Assembly: GCA_963662625.1 (NCBI GenBank)
Contig: OY759726.1
Coordinates: forward strand, 960,001 to 1,024,000
Source: Nitrosopumilus sp.
GTDB lineage: Archaea; Thermoproteota; Nitrososphaeria; Nitrososphaerales; Nitrosopumilaceae
Reading direction: 5' to 3'
DNA: 64,000 bases
Below, piece by piece: positions 49,742 to 60,584 of the stretch; position 1 is the first letter of the stretch, and every line of letters starts with the position of its first letter. The notes beneath the pieces are model-generated. The model ran no database searches, had not been told where the DNA came from, and saw only the letters and a list, made by a program, of their open reading frames with translations. The translations under genes were made by a program, and so were the position numbers.

Positions 49742-50680
49742 ATGTCCTGCATCAGCGCGGCAAACCTCGCAAAGTCGTACGGCGACCTCAGGGCGGTGGA
49801 CGGCATGGATCTGTCCGTGAGGCCCGGCAGGGTCTTTGGCTTCCTGGGCCCGAACGGGGCGGGAAAGTCCACCACCATCAAGCTCCTGACCACGCTGGTG
49901 CCGCCGTCCGCGGGCTCCCTGACCGTCCTGGGGGTGGACGCGCTGGCAGACCCGCTCCGGGTCCGCCACCGGATCGGCGTCGTGCTCCAGCAGCCAAGCT
50001 ACGAGCCCACGCTCTCCGTCGAGAAGTCCCTTGACAAGTACGGCATGATGTGGGACGTGCCGAGGGCGGAGCGGCGGAGGCGCCTGGAGGGGCTGCTCGT
50101 GGACTTTGACCTGGCAGAGATCAGGAAGAAGAGGAACGAGGACCTCTCCATCGGGCAGAGGAGGCGCGTCCAGGTGGCCCGTGAATTCATGCACGACATG
50201 GACCTGCTGTTCCTCGACGAGCCCACGGTGGGGCTGGACCCTGCCGCCAGGCGGAGGCTGCTGGACTACCTGAAGGCCAGGGTGAGGACCGGGCTGACGA
50301 TCTTCTACACCACCCACATACTGACCGAGGCGGAGTACCTCTGCGACGAGATCGCGATCATCGACAGGGGGAGGATACTCACGGTCGACACCCCGGACGG
50401 GCTGAAGAGGAGGTTCGGGAAGGAAAAGACCATAAGGATATCCCTGCTCGGAAGGCACCCGCGGGCGGGCCCCCTCCTGTCGGGGACCGAGGGCTGCAGG
50501 GTAGGCGACGGCGACTGCACGGACATCACGATCCGCTCCGAGCGGTCGGAGCTCGTGCTGCAGAGGGTCCTGCGGATCCTGGGCGACGCCGGGATCGGGA
50601 TCGAGGGAATCTCCGCGGTCCCCACGAACCTCGAGGACATATTTCTCAAGATGGTGAGGGACAATGCACCCGATAATTAG
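49742..50680 (+). CDS. ABC transporter ATP-binding protein (DrrA-like)
   Basis: GPNGAGKST, LSIGQ, LDEPTVGLDP, TTH. Confidence 0.93.
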   Translation: MSCISAANLAKSYGDLRAVDGMDLSVRPGRVFGFLGPNGAGKSTTIKLLTTLVPPSAGSLTVLGVDALADPLRVRHRIGVVLQQPSYEPTLSVEKSLDKYGMMWDVPRAERRRRLEGLLVDFDLAEIRKKRNEDLSIGQRRRVQVAREFMHDMDLLFLDEPTVGLDPAARRRLLDYLKARVRTGLTIFYTTHILTEAEYLCDEIAIIDRGRILTVDTPDGLKRRFGKEKTIRISLLGRHPRAGPLLSGTEGCRVGDGDCTDITIRSERSELVLQRVLRILGDAGIGIEGISAVPTNLEDIFLKMVRDNAPDN

Positions 50681-51425
50681 GCTCGTAAACAGGAACATAA
50701 CGATATCGCTCAACCCCGGGTTCCTGATATGGCAGGTGATCTTCCCGCTGATCTACATCTTCGTGGCCGGGTTCGCATACACCTCGCTGATCCAGAACGT
50801 CCCCTTCGGGGGCAAGGATCTGGACTACCCGGCGTTCCTGGCGTCTGGGATGATCGGGTTCAACATCATGAACAGCACCCTCGTCTCCGGGATAATAATC
50901 TGGAACGACAGGCGGCACGGCATGTTCGAGCAGATCATGTCGGGGCCGTTCACCCGGGCGCACTACGTCCTGAGCAACATCTGCACCATCGGGATCGTGG
51001 GGATGGTCAGCGCGTCGCTGATCGTGCTCGTGGGGTACCCGGTGTTCTTCGAGTCGGCCGAGTTCTCGCTGGTAACCGTCCCGCTGATCGTCTTTGCGGC
51101 AATCACGGGATCTGTCCTGTTCGGCTCCATCGCCTCGATAATATCCACGCGCCTGCGCTCAAGCGAGGGGTTCAACGTGATCATCAACACCGTGTTCCTC
51201 TTCTTTGCATTTGTCAGCACAGCGTTCTACCCTGCCGAGGGAGCGCCCGAGCCGCTGCGGACGGCGTTCTTCCTCAACCCGCTGACCTACCTGGTCGACG
51301 TGATCCGCGCGGGGGTGTTCGGGGCCGTCACGGGGTTCGTGGTGGTCGAGATGCTGGTGCTCGCGGCGCTTGCCGCCGTGCTGTTCGTGGTGGCGACCCG
51401 GCTCCTGACGAGGCTGGACTTTTGA
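50664..51425 (+). CDS. ABC-2 type permease
   Basis: About six TM helices, STAFYP, NPLTYLVDVIR. Confidence 0.9.
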   Translation: MHPIIRLVNRNITISLNPGFLIWQVIFPLIYIFVAGFAYTSLIQNVPFGGKDLDYPAFLASGMIGFNIMNSTLVSGIIIWNDRRHGMFEQIMSGPFTRAHYVLSNICTIGIVGMVSASLIVLVGYPVFFESAEFSLVTVPLIVFAAITGSVLFGSIASIISTRLRSSEGFNVIINTVFLFFAFVSTAFYPAEGAPEPLRTAFFLNPLTYLVDVIRAGVFGAVTGFVVVEMLVLAALAAVLFVVATRLLTRLDF

Positions 51426-51426
51426 G

Positions 51427-51499
51427 TAGCCCGGCCCAGACTCGAACTGGGGTCAAGGGCTCCAAAGGCCCCCATGCTTGGCCGCTACACTACCGGGCT
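51427..51499 (-). tRNA. tRNA-Gln(TTG)
   Basis: AGCCCGG/CCGGGCT acceptor, anticodon arm GGGGC-CTTTGGA-GCCCT, GTTCGAG T loop. Confidence 0.95.
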
Positions 51500-51576
51500 A
51501 CACAGACGGGAACTCCGCCTTCCTTAATGACGATTGCTATTGCCTGGGGGCCCCCGGGCGAAACGGCGCCGGCCGG

Positions 51577-52599
51577 TCACCCCATGGCCTTCTGCAGGAC
51601 GGGGAACGGGTCCCGCATCGCGCCAAGCAGTTTTTTCGCGCGCCTCGCCTGCGCCGCGTTTCCGGCTGCGGCGAGCCGCTCCACCACCGCGGGGATCCTC
51701 GCGGGATCCCGCTCCTCGACGACCAGCCCCTTCCCCTTCAGGAACGCGTCGACCTCGTAGTCCCGGCGGCCGTTGTATGATATCGTGGGGATGCCCAGGA
51801 ACGCGGCCTCGGCAGTCATCGTGCCGCCGGAGCCGACGAACACGTCGGCGTGCCTGAGTACGTCCATGCCGTCGGCCACCCCCCGCAAGACCCTGACCCT
51901 CCCGCCAAACCGCCCCTTGAGGAACCTTATCTGGTCCTCGTACCTTGCCATGACCACCACAGCGCACCCCGGCAGGCGCCTCAGGATCTGCCCTATGATC
52001 GCGGCCATCCCGGAGTCTGGAAACTCGTTGTAGCTTGCGTGCGCCTCGGCCGTCCTTATCACGACGGTCAGGCGCCCCCTTCGCAGCCTGAGCCGCCTCG
52101 AGAAGCTGCGCTGGGATGTCAGCCCCGCGTCTATCGCCCTGTACTTCAGGATGTCCCCCTCCGGGATCCCGTACCTCGCAAAGTCGCCCTTCTTCATTAT
52201 CCACGGGATCAGCAGCTTGTCCAGGTACGGGACGGTCAGCTTCATGACGGCCGTGGCGTGGGCAGAGTCGGAAAAGCCCACGTGCCTGATCCCCATCCCG
52301 AACGCGACCCTGGCGGCCTCGGGCGACTGGAACGATATGGCGAGATCCGGCCCGAACCCGTGGACAGTCCTGGCCAGCCCCTCGACGCGCCTTGCGCTGC
52401 AGACCAGCTTTGACAGGCTCCCAGCCCCCCCGTGCCTTCCCACCCGCACCGTCTTGATCCCACGGATCCTGGCCAGCCCGTCCAGCTCCCTGTAGCGCCT
52501 TGACGTGCACAGGACGGCGTTCTCCCCCCCCAGCTTCCTGATTATCGGCTCGGCGAAGAGGAGCTGCTTTCCAGTAAGAACGTCCAGCCATATCCTCAA
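51577..52599 (-). CDS. DUF354 family GT-B glycosyltransferase-like protein
   Basis: RIWLDVLTGKQ, SPEAARVAFG, GSGGTMTAEAAFLGIPTI; TTG start inferred. Confidence 0.85.
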   Translation of the reverse strand: MRIWLDVLTGKQLLFAEPIIRKLGGENAVLCTSRRYRELDGLARIRGIKTVRVGRHGGAGSLSKLVCSARRVEGLARTVHGFGPDLAISFQSPEAARVAFGMGIRHVGFSDSAHATAVMKLTVPYLDKLLIPWIMKKGDFARYGIPEGDILKYRAIDAGLTSQRSFSRRLRLRRGRLTVVIRTAEAHASYNEFPDSGMAAIIGQILRRLPGCAVVVMARYEDQIRFLKGRFGGRVRVLRGVADGMDVLRHADVFVGSGGTMTAEAAFLGIPTISYNGRRDYEVDAFLKGKGLVVEERDPARIPAVVERLAAAGNAAQARRAKKLLGAMRDPFPVLQKAMG

Positions 52600-52658
52600 G
52601 CGTTTCTCGTGGGCCTGCGAGTTCAATAAGTTTTTAGTCCGATTTACTAAATAGTTGT

Positions 52659-53792
52659 ATGGCAAAACCAAGGGTGGCGGTATACGGCCTGAGCACCGAG
52701 GGGTACGCGGTGGCGACCCGGATGGCCATAAAGGGCGCCGACGTCCACATAATAGACGAGTCCACCCCGTCCGCAATCTCCCTGAAGGCGGAGATCGCCA
52801 AGACCTACCCCAACGTGTCCTCGCTGCGGGAGGACGAGCCGCTGCTTGCCATGGAACCCATAGACGTGGCAATCTCCAGGGCCAGGTACCTCTTCTTCAC
52901 CCCCAGGATCCACAAGACCGGGCAGGACATCAAGATCGAGATCAACTCGAAGTTCAAGGACGCCGTCGCGCCGCTCAAGAAGAACAGCTCGGTGGTGAAC
53001 GCGCTTCCCTCGGGGTTCGGGGGCAACAACGAGACGATATCGCTGCTGGAGTACGTGACCGGGCTGGAGGTGGGAAAGCAGATCTCGTACTTTTACTACC
53101 CCCTGACCGCCACCCGGGAGCCCAGGATAATAGGCTCCTTCAACGGGAAGGAGGACCAGGACCTGCTCGGCCTCCTGGCCGGCAAAAAAGAGAAAAGATT
53201 CGTGACCGTGTCGTCCTCCGAGCACTTTCACGCGATCAGCGTGCTGTCGAACTTCTCCAGCCTGTGCAGCACGCTCGAGGTCTGCAAGCTTGCCAGGGAC
53301 GAGGTCACCAAGGCCGACCTCGCCTCGGACGACCTGCGGGACCTCTTCCTGGACAACATGGTGAGCGGCCTGTTCGACCTAAAGTCCCTGGGCTCGTCGT
53401 TCGAGGGCGCGAACACCATGATGTACCTCATCAACGGCGGCATAAAGGGGATCGACGGCTACGTCAAGAGGCTGATCGACGTGGTCCGCACGCTGCTGAA
53501 GAAGAACAACCTCAAGGCCAGCAGGACGAAGATCGCCATATCGTGGACGCTCGACCAGCACGAGATGCGGAGCGACAAGAGCGAGGCGCGGAAGAACCTG
53601 ATGTCCAGGCTGCACGACTACCTGGGGAACGTGGAGTCGTTTGAGGATCCCAACTTCGACCTGTTCCACAGCGACAAGACGACCGTGGTCGTGGCCTGCT
53701 CAAAGCCGGACTTTGACAGGATCATAAAATCCAGGCACGACCCAAGCCTGCTCATAGTGAAGGCCAACCCGCTGTGCGAGATCATCCAATAA
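52659..53792 (+). CDS. Degenerate nucleotide-sugar dehydrogenase-like protein
   Basis: Rossmann-like start RVAVYGLSTEG, REPRIIG, overall UDP-sugar dehydrogenase layout without canonical motifs. Confidence 0.5.
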   Translation: MAKPRVAVYGLSTEGYAVATRMAIKGADVHIIDESTPSAISLKAEIAKTYPNVSSLREDEPLLAMEPIDVAISRARYLFFTPRIHKTGQDIKIEINSKFKDAVAPLKKNSSVVNALPSGFGGNNETISLLEYVTGLEVGKQISYFYYPLTATREPRIIGSFNGKEDQDLLGLLAGKKEKRFVTVSSSEHFHAISVLSNFSSLCSTLEVCKLARDEVTKADLASDDLRDLFLDNMVSGLFDLKSLGSSFEGANTMMYLINGGIKGIDGYVKRLIDVVRTLLKKNNLKASRTKIAISWTLDQHEMRSDKSEARKNLMSRLHDYLGNVESFEDPNFDLFHSDKTTVVVACSKPDFDRIIKSRHDPSLLIVKANPLCEIIQ

Positions 53793-53827
53793 GAGTATAA
53801 ATTAGCTAGCCGGCTACCCCAGATAAA

Positions 53828-54379
53828 TTGCCTGACGGAGAGCCAGACGAGGCCCGGGCCGAGATACCTGGGGATGCCGGGGATGAGCCGCCGGCCCCGG
53901 GGGGCCGGGACGACGCGGCGCTGCAGGAACTGCTGGAAAGGGAGAGGCAGAACGCCCTTGACTGCCAGGACAAGCTCAAGCACGCCATGGCGGATTTCCA
54001 GAACCTGTCCAGAAAGACGCAGTCCGACATCGAAAACGGCATAAACGCCAGGATCGACGAGCTCATGCTGGAGTTCTTGGGGATCCGCGACGACTTCGAG
54101 AGGGCGAGGCAGGCGTTCCCCGAGGGCGGCGCGGCGGCCGGCGGGATGGACTCCATACTGAAAAACATGGACTCCCTGCTTGCGGGGCACGGCGTCAGGC
54201 CCATCGACGCGCTGGGGGAAATATTCGACCCGAACATGCACGAGGCCATCTCCATCGTGCAGGACCTGGACCTGGACGAGGACACGATCACCAAGGAGAT
54301 TAGGAAAGGATATATTTCTCATGATCGGATAATCAGACCTACGCTGGTAGAAATATCCAAGAAAACAAAGGTGAACTAA
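53828..54379 (+). CDS. grpE: Nucleotide exchange factor GrpE
   Basis: [23 protein letters not shown]...IIRPTLVEI. Confidence 0.93.
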   Translation: MPDGEPDEARAEIPGDAGDEPPAPGGRDDAALQELLERERQNALDCQDKLKHAMADFQNLSRKTQSDIENGINARIDELMLEFLGIRDDFERARQAFPEGGAAAGGMDSILKNMDSLLAGHGVRPIDALGEIFDPNMHEAISIVQDLDLDEDTITKEIRKGYISHDRIIRPTLVEISKKTKVN

Positions 54380-54380
54380 A

Positions 54381-56342
54381 ATGAGCAAGGTGATTGGCAT
54401 CGATCTGGGAACGAGCAACTCTGCGGCGGCCGTGGTCATGGGCGGAAAGCCGACCATCATCCCGGCGGCCGAGGGCGCCACCGTGGGGGGCAAGGCGTTC
54501 CCGTCGGTGGTGGCATTCACGAAGGACGGCGAGCTCTTGGTGGGCGAGCCGGCGCGCAGGCAGGCGGTGACCAACCCGGACGGCACGATAGTCGCCGCGA
54601 AGCGGAAGATGGGATCCGACCACGCCTTCAAGGTGCAGGACAAGGACTACAAGCCGCAGCAGATCTCCGCGTTCATACTGCAAAAGATCAAGAAGGACGC
54701 AGAGGCATTCGTCGGCGAGCCGGTCGAAAAGGCGGTCATAACCGTCCCGGCGTACTTTGACGACAACCAGCGCCAGGCGACCAAGGACGCCGGGACCATA
54801 GCGGGGCTGGACGTGGTGCGCATCATCAACGAGCCTACCGCGGCGTCACTGGCGTTCGGGCTGGACAAGTCCAAGGAGGACATGAAGATCCTGGTGTTCG
54901 ACTTCGGCGGCGGCACCCTGGACGTGACGATCATGGAGATGGGCGGCGGCGTGTTTGAGGTCATGAGCACCTCGGGCGACACGCAGCTGGGAGGCACCGA
55001 CATGGACCAGGTGATAATCGAATACGTCCTGGACGAGTTCAAGAAGAAGGAGGGGGTGGATCTCTCCCAGGACAACACCGCCCTGACCAGGATCAGGGAG
55101 GCCGCAGAAAAGGCAAAGATCGAGCTCTCGACGGTGATGGAGACCGACATCAACCTCCCGTTCATAGCGCACGACCCGTCTTCGGGAGCAAAGAACCTCG
55201 AGCTGCGCATAACCCGGGCCAAGCTGGACGAGCTGATCGGGGCCATAATCGAGCGGTGCAGGCCGTCGATAGAGAAGGCGCTGGAAGACGCAAAGCTGTC
55301 AAAAAGCGACATAAGCAGGATCGTGATGGTCGGCGGCCCCACCAGGATCCCGCTGGTGAAGAAGTTCGTGGGTGAGGTGATAGGAAAGGAGCCCGAATCC
55401 GGCGTGGATCCAATGGAGGCGGTGGCGATGGGGGCGGCCATCCAGGCGGGAATCATAGCCGGAGACGTGTCAAGCGACATAGTCCTGCTGGACGTCACGC
55501 CGCTGACGCTGGGAATCGAGACCCTGGGGGGCGTGCGGGAGCCGCTGATAGAGCGCAACACCACGATCCCCACATCGAAGAGCAAGGTCTTCACCACCGC
55601 CGCAGACAACCAGACGGCAGTAACGATCCACGTCGTGCAGGGCGAGAGGCCCATGGCCTCGGACAACGTCTCGCTTGGGAGCTTCAACCTCATGGATCTG
55701 CCCCCCGCGCCCAGGGGGATCCCGCAGATAGAGGTAAAGTTCGACATAGACGCGAACGGGATCATCAACGTGACTGCCAAGGACCTGGGGACCCAGAAGG
55801 AGGCCAAGATCACAATCGAGTCGTCGTCCAAGCTCTCCAAGGACGAGATCGAGAAACTAAAGGAGGACGCGGAAAAATTCTCCGACGAGGACGCGAAGAA
55901 GAAGGAGAAGATCGACCTGAAAAACGAGGCTGAGAGCTACATCTACAGCACCGAAAAGCTGGTAAACCATGACCTTAAGGACAAGATTTCGCAGGAGCAG
56001 GGGATCAAGATCACCGACGCCGCCGCCGGAGTGAAGGAGTCGCTTGACAAGGAGCCCGAGGAACTAAAGCCGAAGCTTGACGCGCTAAAGGCGATCGTCA
56101 ACGAGGTCACGACGGAGCTCTACCGCAACATGACGCCCCCGCCGGGCCCTGACCAGCAGGGAGCGGGATCTACGGACCAGCAGGGAGCGGGATCTACGGA
56201 CCAGCAGGGAGCGGGATCTACGGACCAGCAGGGAGCGGGATCTACGGACCAGCAGGGAGCGGGATCTACGGACCAGCAGGGAGCGGGATCTACGGACCAG
56301 CAGGGAGCGGATTCATCTACCAATGAGACCAGAGGCAGCTAA
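54381..56342 (+). CDS. dnaK: Chaperone DnaK
   Basis: [37 protein letters not shown]. Confidence 0.98.
   Translation: MSKVIGIDLGTSNSAAAVVMGGKPTIIPAAEGATVGGKAFPSVVAFTKDGELLVGEPARRQAVTNPDGTIVAAKRKMGSDHAFKVQDKDYKPQQISAFILQKIKKDAEAFVGEPVEKAVITVPAYFDDNQRQATKDAGTIAGLDVVRIINEPTAASLAFGLDKSKEDMKILVFDFGGGTLDVTIMEMGGGVFEVMSTSGDTQLGGTDMDQVIIEYVLDEFKKKEGVDLSQDNTALTRIREAAEKAKIELSTVMETDINLPFIAHDPSSGAKNLELRITRAKLDELIGAIIERCRPSIEKALEDAKLSKSDISRIVMVGGPTRIPLVKKFVGEVIGKEPESGVDPMEAVAMGAAIQAGIIAGDVSSDIVLLDVTPLTLGIETLGGVREPLIERNTTIPTSKSKVFTTAADNQTAVTIHVVQGERPMASDNVSLGSFNLMDLPPAPRGIPQIEVKFDIDANGIINVTAKDLGTQKEAKITIESSSKLSKDEIEKLKEDAEKFSDEDAKKKEKIDLKNEAESYIYSTEKLVNHDLKDKISQEQGIKITDAAAGVKESLDKEPEELKPKLDALKAIVNEVTTELYRNMTPPPGPDQQGAGSTDQQGAGSTDQQGAGSTDQQGAGSTDQQGAGSTDQQGAGSTDQQGADSSTNETRGS
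56151..56318 (+). repeat. 24-bp coding tandem repeat (DQQGAGST x6 plus one variant) in the DnaK tail
   Basis: GACCAGCAGGGAGCGGGATCTACG, six identical copies and one diverged copy. Confidence 0.95.
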
Positions 56343-56390
56343 ACCGGGAAATCTTAGCCTTCATGCAGCAAAAACCATCCTGTGATGCTT

Positions 56391-57467
56391 ATGGCGGCAA
56401 AGCGCGACTATTATGAAGTCCTCGGAGTGTCAAAAACAAGCTCCGACGACGAGATCAAGTCACAGTACAGGAAGCTGGCGCTGAAATTCCACCCCGACAG
56501 AAACAAGTCCGCCGAGGCGGGGGAGCACTTCAAGGAGATCACCGAGGCGTACGCCGTGCTCTCGGATTCTGAGAAGAGGCAGGTATACGACCAGCAGGGC
56601 CACGCAGGCGTGGACGGGCGGTACAGCCCCGACGACATCTTCAAGGGGGCCAGGGGGGACTTTAGCGACATGTTCGGGCAGGGGGGCTTCGAGTCCATCT
56701 TCGAGTCCATCTTCGGGGGCGGCGGGGGGTTCGGGAACCGGCGGCAGCGCGGTTCCGACATCCTCCGCGAGGTGGATGTCACCCTGGAAGACGTCCTGCA
56801 CGGAAAGAGGATGGAGATCGGCCTGCGAAAGGAGATCCGGTGCAGCGCGTGCTCCGGCACGGGCTGCAGCCCGGGTACCAGCATGAACACATGCAAGTCG
56901 TGCAACGGGCACGGCAAGGTCCGCAAGGCCAAGAGCATGGGGTTTGCGTCCTTTGTCACGGTAGAGCCGTGTTCCGCGTGCCGGGGCAACGGCTCGATCA
57001 TAGATACCCCGTGCAGGGAGTGCAGGGGCAAGGGATCCAGGAATGGAGAGACGAGCGCCTCGTTTGATATACCCCCTGGCGTGGAGAGCGGGGACTATAA
57101 CGTTCCCGGGCAGGGCAACGAGATGCCCCGTGGGGTCAACGGGGACCTGATCGTCAGGCTCAGGGTCCTTCCGCACAAGTTTTTCAAGAGGGACGGGACG
57201 GACATATTCTATGATCACGACGTGTCAATGGTCAACGCGGCGCTGGGATGCGACATCCTGGTCCCCACCCTGGAGGGGACGGAAAAGGTCAAGGTCGATT
57301 CCGGAAGCCAGCCCAACACGATAATAAAGCTCCGGGGCAAGGGCGTCCCGCACATCAGCTCCCGCGGCCGGGGCGACCAGTACGTGCGCATAGTAGTCAA
57401 CATACCAAAAAAGCTCAGCAAGCGCCAAAAACAGATCCTCGATGACTTTCAACGCTCCTTTGACTGA
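56391..57467 (+). CDS. dnaJ: Chaperone DnaJ
   Basis: [12 protein letters not shown], four CxxCxGxG repeats. Confidence 0.97.
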   Translation: MAAKRDYYEVLGVSKTSSDDEIKSQYRKLALKFHPDRNKSAEAGEHFKEITEAYAVLSDSEKRQVYDQQGHAGVDGRYSPDDIFKGARGDFSDMFGQGGFESIFESIFGGGGGFGNRRQRGSDILREVDVTLEDVLHGKRMEIGLRKEIRCSACSGTGCSPGTSMNTCKSCNGHGKVRKAKSMGFASFVTVEPCSACRGNGSIIDTPCRECRGKGSRNGETSASFDIPPGVESGDYNVPGQGNEMPRGVNGDLIVRLRVLPHKFFKRDGTDIFYDHDVSMVNAALGCDILVPTLEGTEKVKVDSGSQPNTIIKLRGKGVPHISSRGRGDQYVRIVVNIPKKLSKRQKQILDDFQRSFD

Positions 57468-57470
57468 ACG

Positions 57471-58007
57471 ATGAAGATCGCCTTGGACGTAGACGGAGTG
57501 CTGGCAGACGTGATCGAGCCGTGGCTGGCCTACAACAACACGGTAAGGAAGCCTCTCGAGAAGGCGGACGTCACGGACTGGGACTTTTGGCGGCGGCTCG
57601 GGATCGACCGGCTCCTCTTCTACGAGGAGCTCTCGTTGTGCTGGAAGGACTGGGCCTCGATCCCCCCCACGGAGCGGGACCTGGCCCGGGCCACCGAGGA
57701 CCTCTCGGCCCTCGGCCAGGTAGACATCCTCACTGCCCGTGAAAAGTCAACCGACCACTTCGTAAAGGAATGGCTGAAACTGCACGGGATATCCTACGGC
57801 AGCTATGTCTCGGTCGACTATGGGCCCAAGAAGGCGGAGTTCGACTACGACGTGTTCATCGACGACTCGCCGCTGAACGCGTCACGCTTCATGCAGGGGG
57901 GCAAGGCCGTCCTGCTGTATTGCCAGCCGTGGAACCGCGGGGTCTCCGGCCCCGGCATGCGCAGGATCTCTAGCCTGCACGACGCGGTCAAACTCTTGAA
58001 ACCCTGA
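57471..58007 (+). CDS. HAD-family 5'(3')-nucleotidase-like protein
   Basis: IALDVDGVLAD, LTAR, FIDDSP, QPWN. Confidence 0.88.
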   Translation: MKIALDVDGVLADVIEPWLAYNNTVRKPLEKADVTDWDFWRRLGIDRLLFYEELSLCWKDWASIPPTERDLARATEDLSALGQVDILTAREKSTDHFVKEWLKLHGISYGSYVSVDYGPKKAEFDYDVFIDDSPLNASRFMQGGKAVLLYCQPWNRGVSGPGMRRISSLHDAVKLLKP

Positions 58008-58173
58008 CCCCCGCGCTGTCGTAGAACCTTATCTTGACGTGGTGGCCGTCCCGCACGTGCTCTGCGTGGTTGGTCTTTAGCAGGTCCTTTATCTTGTCCT
58101 CGTTGTAGAACTCCACGTTGTACCTGCCGAGGACCTTCCTACAGTTGTCGCAGTAGATCTCCCTGAACTTCAT
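57988..58173 (-). CDS. Small putative Zn-binding protein
   Basis: CDNC...HAEHVRDGHH. Confidence 0.7.
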   Translation of the reverse strand: MKFREIYCDNCRKVLGRYNVEFYNEDKIKDLLKTNHAEHVRDGHHVKIRFYDSAGVRVSRV

Positions 58174-58247
58174 TCCCGCCTGGCACCTTAAACCCTATGG
58201 CCGCGAAGATAATAAAGACACTTATTCTCGTTTAAAAAACCCCCATT

Positions 58248-58332
58248 GCGGGAATCGCCCAGCCTGGTCAACGGCGTAAGGTTCAGGTCCTTATCTTCTA
58301 GGAGTTCGTGGGTTCGAATCCCACTTCCCGCA
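58248..58332 (+). tRNA. tRNA-Leu(CAG)
   Basis: GCGGGAA/TTCCCGC acceptor, TAAGG-TTCAGGT-CCTTA anticodon arm, long variable arm, GGTTCGAATCC. Confidence 0.95.
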
Positions 58333-58337
58333 CTACA

Positions 58338-58370
58338 TGTAGGGCGGAAATCCTTTATGCCCGCCCTACA
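58338..58370. other. Hairpin immediately downstream of tRNA-Leu
   Basis: TGTAGGGCGG ... CCGCCCTACA 10-bp perfect stem. Confidence 0.7.
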
Positions 58371-58375
58371 ATACC

Positions 58376-58697
58376 ATGTGCACGGGCCAGGGCGACCTTC
58401 CGGAACGCGAGTCCGCCCGACAGTTCCTCAGGGGCTTCCGCACGGAGGCGACCCGGGAGTCGTACCGCAAGAAGCTTGCGCAGTTCGTGCGGCTTGCCGG
58501 GACCACCCCGACGCGCTGCTCGAGGAGGCGCATGCCAAGCCCAAGTCTGTCCAGAACATGATAATCGACCACATCGAGGAGCGCAAAAAAGAGGTGAGCG
58601 GCTCCACCATACACCAGACTGTCACGGCGATGAAGCATTTTTTTGAGATGAACGACGCGGAGGAAGCCATATCGTGGTCTAAGATAGCAAGATCTGC
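58376..58697 (+). pseudogene. Tyrosine recombinase/integrase N-terminal fragment (frameshifted, truncated)
   Basis: FLRGFRTEATRESYRKKLAQF then, after a frameshift, PDALLEEA...SGSTIHQTVTAMKHFFEMND...SWSKI; no catalytic domain. Confidence 0.65.
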
Positions 58698-58906
58698 ACC
58701 TCTGTTAGATGTCATGATTGGTGTCGAATCCATTGATAAAAAGCACATCTTCCAAAAACAGACATAAAAAACATAAGCTACCATAATGAAAACGGATGGT
58801 CGTACTGGACTACGTGTGATAATGTAAATGAGACTAATAATGGGTTTGTCATACAGTGCGATCCGCCATATCGAACTATTAAGGCAGGAATTGGAGGATA
58901 CAAGGA

Positions 58907-59515
58907 TTGTTAAGCAAAATCTTGGTTCTAGGCACAGTTGTAGCGATGGGCATAACAGCACTCCTGTACTTGGATTCCCAAACCACACATGAGCTCCCAT
59001 ACGTTGGAAAATATTCGGAATCCCTGGAAGGCCAAAAACGCAGCACGCCATTTCCAAACCTTGAAACCATGTATGGCACCCAGATCGAAGGTGTCAGTAA
59101 ATTGAGTGACGCGTCTGATTCGGTCGTGAAAATATCGACCAGCCTGCCCAAAGGAGCAGAGTTTAAGCTGCTGTTCGATTTTATAGTGCAGACTGTCATT
59201 TACGGGCCGGCATCCGTTGACTACGACACGCGTAGCGACAACATCGATACCGTGCTGGATAACCATGGAATCATGGTGTTGTACAGCGATCTTCCCGATG
59301 GACTTGGCATTGTTCAATGGCAGAAGGCCTACCTGGAAGACAGCCCGCGCGCGGAGCTTATCCGTGCCAACGGTGTTGACGCCACAGGCCTGAGCGGAGA
59401 TCCTGAATTGGGGGAAATGTCCAAACCCATCTTCAATAAAGGAAGGACACTGGTTGAGGTGTTTTCAGTGGTGTATGCCCTTACCGACCTGATCAAGATG
59501 GCAGAAAATATCTGA
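58907..59515 (+). CDS. Membrane-anchored hypothetical protein (AT-rich island cargo)
   Basis: N-terminal TM ILVLGTVVAMGITALLYL; C-terminus DLIKMAENI. Confidence 0.65.
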   Translation: MLSKILVLGTVVAMGITALLYLDSQTTHELPYVGKYSESLEGQKRSTPFPNLETMYGTQIEGVSKLSDASDSVVKISTSLPKGAEFKLLFDFIVQTVIYGPASVDYDTRSDNIDTVLDNHGIMVLYSDLPDGLGIVQWQKAYLEDSPRAELIRANGVDATGLSGDPELGEMSKPIFNKGRTLVEVFSVVYALTDLIKMAENI

Positions 59516-59739
59516 ACAGCCTTCTCCCAAGACTGTAACGCCTGCATGTTTTGTGTGTTGTGGAACATGCAGTTGAGCGAAATGTGTCGGATCCCGCCTC
59601 CTCATGGCGGGGACTTGGGCTCCGTGCCCGGGCAGGGCAGGAACGTGAACAGGTGGGGGGGGGGGTGGCCCGCTCAGGCATCGCGCCGAACCGGCACCAC
59701 GCCCGCGAGTACTCCACGGCGATCCGGGACGCCTCCCCC

Positions 59740-60400
59740 GCTATGCCGTCGTGTCACTTCCTGCCTCCCGGGTCCGATTCCGGGGCCTTGGCCCTGCAGT
59801 ACATTTCCTTGAGGTGCACGCACGGGCCGTGCAGCAGGTGGTCCCCCCGCACGGGCGCCTGGCCTCCCGCAGCACGTGCGCCAGCGCCCTTGCAGCACCG
59901 CGAACCCGGGCCTGTACGGCGCGTACCCGTCCACCGTGACCGGGATCTTCCCGTAGAGAAAGTGGCAGTCGATCACGGCACCGCCGCCTCGCCGCCATGT
60001 GGTGCCGGTGCGGGCGGGGCCCGGGGCCGACGGGGCCCGCGAGCAAGCTGGTCGGCGACTTTGACGCTTCCATGCGCATGGTGACTGAACAGCCTCTGTG
60101 ACAGGTGCACCTGCCCGCGCTGGTCGGCGACTTTGACGCTTCCATGCGCATGGTGACGGCGTGCGCGGTAATACGCAGGGCATCTTGCGGCGGCTGCGGG
60201 ACGGTCGCGTGCGCCGAATCGCCGTTCCCGGAGGGCGCGTCGCCGGGGCCCGTGGAGCTCGGGGTGGTGCCCGCGCTGTTTGCCACGGGCTGCGCCGACG
60301 CCCGCACCGCGTGGTTCTTCCGCGCCGTGTCCGGGTTCGGGATGGCGGCCAACGCGGTGGCCGCGGCGCGCCGCGCGGTGGCCGCGCCCCTGGCGGACCC
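59740..60400 (-). pseudogene. IS66-like transposase remnant (boundaries approximate)
   Basis: PVTVDGYAPY...LQ and AHVLREA across a frameshift resemble the IS66 TnpC DGY..Y...Q.CWAH..R motif. Confidence 0.5.
60047..60157. repeat. 39-bp exact direct repeat with 33-bp spacer
   Basis: GCTGGTCGGCGACTTTGACGCTTCCATGCGCATGGTGAC at 60047 and 60119. Confidence 0.85.
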
Positions 60401-60584
60401 GATCCTTTCCATGCGGGAGGCGATACGGGCCCGGCCGTGGGCGCGGGCGGGACCATGTTCAGGAGGGGCGACGGCCACTGGGGGTGCGTCTGGGTGGCGC
60501 ATGCCGACGCCGCGGTGTGGGTGCTGTTCTCCCCCGCCAGGGCCGCCGCCGAACACCTATAAGCGATCCTCCCGCATCCAGCCC

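Noticed and set aside
56151-56318. CRISPR array
   Set aside because: Contiguous in-frame coding repeats without spacers.
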